Assembly (NCBI GenBank): GCA_004431415.1
Contig: QPMI01000549.1
Span: forward strand, 133,762 to 197,761
DNA length: 64,000 nt
Reading direction: 5' to 3'
DNA from: Cyanophora paradoxa CCMP329
Taxonomy: Eukaryota; Plantae; Glaucophyta
The position numbers and the translations under genes are program-made. Below, in pieces: positions 60,088 through 64,000 of this stretch. The notes below the pieces were generated by a model. That model ran no database searches. It worked only from the letters and a program-made list of their open reading frames with translations, and was not told where the DNA came from. How positions within the stretch are numbered: position 1 is the first letter of the stretch; each line of letters starts with the position of its first letter.

Positions 60088-60442
60088 TTATTTGCCGAGA
60101 CCTCTGATAATGGCCTCATGTCTTGCAGGAGTGTTTGAGTTGCTGCGTCACTTCCATTCGCATGCTCGCCTACAGTCGCATTGTTGTACAGCGGATTTAG
60201 ATCTTTCTTTTGGAGGTGATCATGACAGCAACAGCGCCAACCGTGAAGCTGAACTCGAAGCTCTTCAGCACGTAGAAGATCCAGCACCGCCGGTGTGCAC
60301 TACCAGAGGGCCGCTCCGTCAATAATGTACCATCTATATCAGGATGCTTGAAGGCTCGCTGAGGTGGCCTCGACATCATTTTGTTTGCTTTTGAAAAAAA
60401 GAAACAGGGACAGCCAGCCGTTTCAAACACATAGATAGCTTT

Positions 60443-60788
60443 TTATTTACGCCCTGTTTTCAATTGGGAAATTAAGACGTAGAAAAGGCCAGTCTGCCTC
60501 TGCAGTGTGCTCAAGTAGATACTGATCTCGAGCTCTGGCTGCTTCCTCCGCTGTGGAGAAGCATCCAACATCGATTGTTTTTCTATTTTGCCAATGGTAG
60601 CAACCCATCTGCTTTTCGATCTGTTGTAACTCACTCCAAGGAATCCGCTGGTGTTATTCGAATTCTTGTCTCGATGCATTCGGTGCTGCTGTTTTGTTAC
60701 GAACTTTAGATTATCTCTGCGACAATCCAGTTTATCCCCGCTGACACAGAGGATGCTATGATCTGCAGGAGCTTTCCCCTTCACCAGA
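60443..60788 (-). pseudogene. 5'-truncated copy of HNH-AP2 gene 3, created by the duplication
   Basis: Matches ~63105-63452 but lacks the start. Confidence 0.8.
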
Positions 60789-61043
60789 AGTTAAATCGTG
60801 TATTGCCGCTGGAATTCCGATTCCACTCACAAAGGAAGCGATTGTAGAGCAAGCGTTTGCAAGGGGGACTGTTCGAAAGGCAAGCGAAATTCCTGTGAGT
60901 GCTCCTATGTAAAGAACTCGAATTCGAAGAATGAGAGATGGGTTAATTGTTATTTGTCATAGATCATGCATAAGAAAGGCATGTATCTTGCATGTCCTTC
61001 TTGAAAGTCGTTTATTTTTCTTTCCTTCTTAGTAAAAGAAGCA

Positions 61044-61888
61044 ATGGGTGAATATAATCGAGTTCAACTTCCAATATATTCCCTTGGATCCCCTGCTATG
61101 CACTTTCGCCAGCATGAAGTAAATGATGAGGTTCGTGGATTAGAATCCACAGAGAGACCCAATTCCAATGGTAACTCCTTTGATAAGAATTCGATTATTC
61201 GAGTTAAAGAACTTCGAGCCGACAAAAACTCAGGTGTGGTTAAAACAACTCGACTTCTTGTGACTAATGCCAACTTCTTTCAACCTACCAATGGAGGCCC
61301 TGATGCTTACAGTGTAAATCTGAAAGCTCTTGATTTCGATAAAAACACTGCTGCTGCTACAATTCGTTCAGGCGGTGCTTTTATTGGTGGAGGTTGCCGT
61401 GTATCCGGTCAACTCTCTTCATCTGTTTCGTTTAATGATGTCCCTGATACTCTCGATCAAAATGTAGAGAATCCACAGCGTATTAGATTATATACACCTG
61501 TTGCACAGCAACCATTTGTTCAATTTTACGTAGGTTATACAGTTACACTTGCAACCTCTGAACTAATTGAAGGAACCAAAAGAGTAATGAGAGGTCTCGC
61601 CATTCCAACGCCATGCTCTCTTTATGTAGAGCCAACAACAACCAGCCAGGTCACAGGTACTATTTCAGTGTGCAGGGATATGATCATTTCGGCACAGGCT
61701 TCTGTGTTTATAACAATAATTTCACTTACGATTTGTTTGTTACAGACATTGGCAAATATACTATAACAATTATCGGTTTGAGAACAGATATAGCAGCTGT
61801 TTCAGTTCTCAGAGGTGTTACTCCTGATACTCTTTCAGTATCAGGGTTTTACCAGGAACCAGATGTGATCGATGACCCCACTCCCTAA
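61044..61888 (+). CDS. Fibre family member 2 (copy 2; apparent frameshift at ~61607)
   Basis: Duplicate of 58376-59219. Confidence 0.7.
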
Positions 61889-61910
61889 AATATATATATG
61901 TTTAATATAA

Positions 61911-62750
61911 ATGGCTGAACCACCTCCAATTGAGCGTATTGTTACAGCACAGCTTTCATTAGCTGCACCAGCTAACCACGTTCTGCAGCATGCTACTTTC
62001 GATGATGTAGAAGGTCTGCAATCAACAGAGGTTCAACCTACGATGAACACCTTCGGTTCCACCCATAAACTGAGATTGCAGGAACTCAGGTGCGATAAAA
62101 ATAATGGTATAGTTAAGACCACGAAATTACTTGTAACTAATGCGAATTTAGTGCCCATTATGGTGATCCAGACAGTTATGGCGCCCCTCTTTCGACTTAT
62201 TCTTTCGAGTCTAGGTCAGGAGCTATTAACTGCAAGACGGGGGGAGCATATATTGGTGATGGTTTGCGGTTGGTGGAGCTGTTGGTGCTCCTCTCTTTGT
62301 TAATGATCAACCAAACCCTATTGATCCTAACACGAGAATTCGAACCTATTTGCCAGTATGAATGCACCATATATTATAAAGATCTTCCCAATCGTTGTTA
62401 ATGAGCAGACATCAGTAGTTGATTCTCTTGTGGAAATTGGTGACACTACAAGGTGTTGTTGATATCCCTCCAGACGTCTACGCTGTCTGTCAAGTAGAGG
62501 TGGAACCCCAAACATTGCTGTGGTGATTACTCCATATGATAATTTCGGGATCGCTTATCATGGTGTAAATTTCGGCCTTGAAGACTACCAGTTCTTGGTG
62601 AGAGCTACAAAATTCGGTATTTATAATGCATTCTCTATGCAGAAAGAACCGATGCTATCGCAAGGCAGAATACCTATGCGGAGTACTACGGCACTAATAG
62701 GTACTTCCCCATTTTCGGACAGGATACTGCCCCGTAGAGAATATCCCTAA
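61911..62750 (+). CDS. Fibre family member 3 (copy 2; several apparent frameshifts)
   Basis: Duplicate of 59244-60087. Confidence 0.65.
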
Positions 62751-63108
62751 TTATTTGCCGAGACCTCTGATAATGGCCTCATGTCTTGCAGGAGTGTTTG
62801 AGTTGCTGCGTCACTTCCATTCGCATGCTCGCCTACAGTCGCATTGTTGTACAGCGGATTTAGATCTTTCTTTGGAGGTGATCATGACAGCAACAGCGCC
62901 AACCGTGAAGCTGAACTCGAAGCTCTTCAGCACGTAGAAGATCCAGCACCGCCCGGTGTGCACTACCAGAGGGCCGCTCCGTCAATAATGTACCATCTAT
63001 ATCAGGATGCTTGAAGGCTCGCTGAGGTGGCCTCGACATCATTTTGTTTGCTTTTGAAAAAAGAAACAGGGACAGCCAGCCGTTTCAAACACATAGATAG
63101 CTTTTTAT

Positions 63109-63613
63109 TTACGCCCTGTTTTCAATTGGGAAATTAAGACGTAGAAAAGGCCAGTCTGCCTCTGCAGTGTGCTCAAGTAGATACTGATCTCGAGCTCTGG
63201 CTGCTTCCTCCGCTGTGGAGAAGCATCCAACATCGATTGTTTTTCTATTTTTGCCAATGGTAGCAACCCATCTGCTTTTCGATCTGTTGTAACTCACTCC
63301 AAGGAATCCGCTGGTGTTATTCGAATTCTTGTCTCGATGCATTCGGTGCTGCTGTTTTTGTTACGAACTTTAGATTATCTCTGCGACAATCCAGTTTATC
63401 CCCGCTGACACAGAGGATGCTATGATCTGCAGGAGCTTTCCCCTTCACCAGATCTCTAAATTTCTTATGCCATCTCTCTTCAGGGTGGAATGCTACTGGA
63501 TAGCCATTCGAGTCTATGTAGAACCTCAGACCAGAGAATTTCTCCTCGTCATCTTTCGAGATTAGCACTGAGTGCACTGTGTTTGGTGTCTTCACCTGAA
63601 TTGCAGAGTCCAT
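63109..63613 (-). CDS. HNH-AP2 protein 3 with degenerate nuclease motif (apparent frameshift at ~63355, absent from the duplicate)
   Basis: LISKDD...NGYP...SILCVSGDKLDCRRDNLKFVT in place of TVDHINLNKLDNRRENLR; intact AP2 NNTSGFLGVSY...RWVATI...VGCFSTAEEAARARD...LNF. Confidence 0.85.
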
Positions 63614-63680
63614 GTATCTTCCTTTCGATAATATAAGAGATTGTGTTCTCTTTATGTCATACACACCCCTCATATTAAAA

Positions 63681-63998
63681 CCGGGAATTTCTAGTGCGGC
63701 TCTCAGTGGACACTAGAATGCCTAAGCTCATACCCTAAAGTGAATTCCCAATCAGCCTCAAAGGCTCTCCCGTTAGCTACCTCCTCGAAGCTAAATCGAA
63801 TTTTATTTTTCAACCCCTAAGGTACCCACGCACACGCCCTCCGGCACGTAATAGCAGAGGGAAACGTGTAAAACGATTTTGGTACACGCACGGCAAAATC
63901 AGATCGATCTAGTGAGGGGAAGACGCTAAATACCCATGGAACCGCGGCCCGGAGCGAAGCGAAGTGGCCGTAAGCGGGGTCCATGGGTGTACAACACT
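63681..63998 (-). repeat. Right terminal inverted repeat (318 bp)
   Basis: Ends ...CCATGGGTGTACAACACT, the reverse complement of AGTGTTGTACACCCATGG at 39077. Confidence 0.95.
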
Positions 63999-64000
63999 CC

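Larger units (their letters stand above)
58119..63452. repeat. Tandem duplication of a ~2.67-kb unit (58119-60785 and 60786-63452)
   Basis: Copies differ almost only by single-base indels; junction CACC-AGA-AGTT at 60786-60788 with 3-bp microhomology. Confidence 0.92.
39077..63998. mobile_element. Complete endogenous Polinton/Maverick-like dsDNA virus (~24.9 kb)
   Basis: Long TIRs at both ends, abrupt GC drop, dense apparently intron-free genes: pPolB, rve integrase, packaging ATPase, MCP, two mCPs, lipase, fibres. The right-flank bases are compatible with a TSD. Confidence 0.96.

Noticed and set aside
60110-60325. Small ORF MASCLAGVFELL... (also at ~62773)
   Set aside because: It may be a real small viral gene, but it has no recognisable motif and competing antisense ORFs, so it is not supported enough to call.
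40894-63613. Programmed ribosomal frameshifting or pseudogenisation explaining the split viral ORFs
   Set aside because: Breaks are single-base indels, often in homopolymers, and differ between the two copies of the 2.67-kb duplication. Long-read error is the simplest explanation.

Overview
Eukaryotic (protist-like) genomic window in two compartments. (1) Bases 1-39076 are very GC-rich host DNA with many short introns, about half of the scored ones using GC rather than GT donors. It holds an RCC1-repeat gene, two BTB/POZ paralogs, an alpha-actinin-like gene plus an inverted partial copy, an uncharacterised gene with a CENP-C-like motif, a CACTA-like TIR element (3-bp TSD), a 510-bp tandem duplication, a soluble adenylyl/guanylyl cyclase-AAA-TPR (ADCY10-like) gene, and a degenerate partial copy of that gene containing a MITE (8-bp TSD). 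(2) Bases 39077-63998 are a complete, much less GC-rich, apparently intron-free ~24.9-kb endogenous Polinton/Maverick-like DNA virus inserted into the cyclase pseudocopy. It has 318-bp TIRs, a subterminal repeat array, pPolB with a vOTU-like N-terminal region, rve integrase, packaging ATPase, double jelly-roll MCP, two divergent minor capsid paralogs, a patatin lipase, phage-like fibre genes and three HNH-AP2 genes. The most notable observations are: an HNH-AP2 cassette that appears to bring its own synonymously recoded 3' end of the penton gene; a family of small GC-rich hairpin elements (one in frame inside a gene, one breaking TIR symmetry); a catalytically degenerate HNH-AP2 beside the right TIR; and a modular fibre family with a shared N-terminus and swapped tips. 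Most frameshifts look like long-read indel errors. All calls come from motif recognition by eye; no searches were run.
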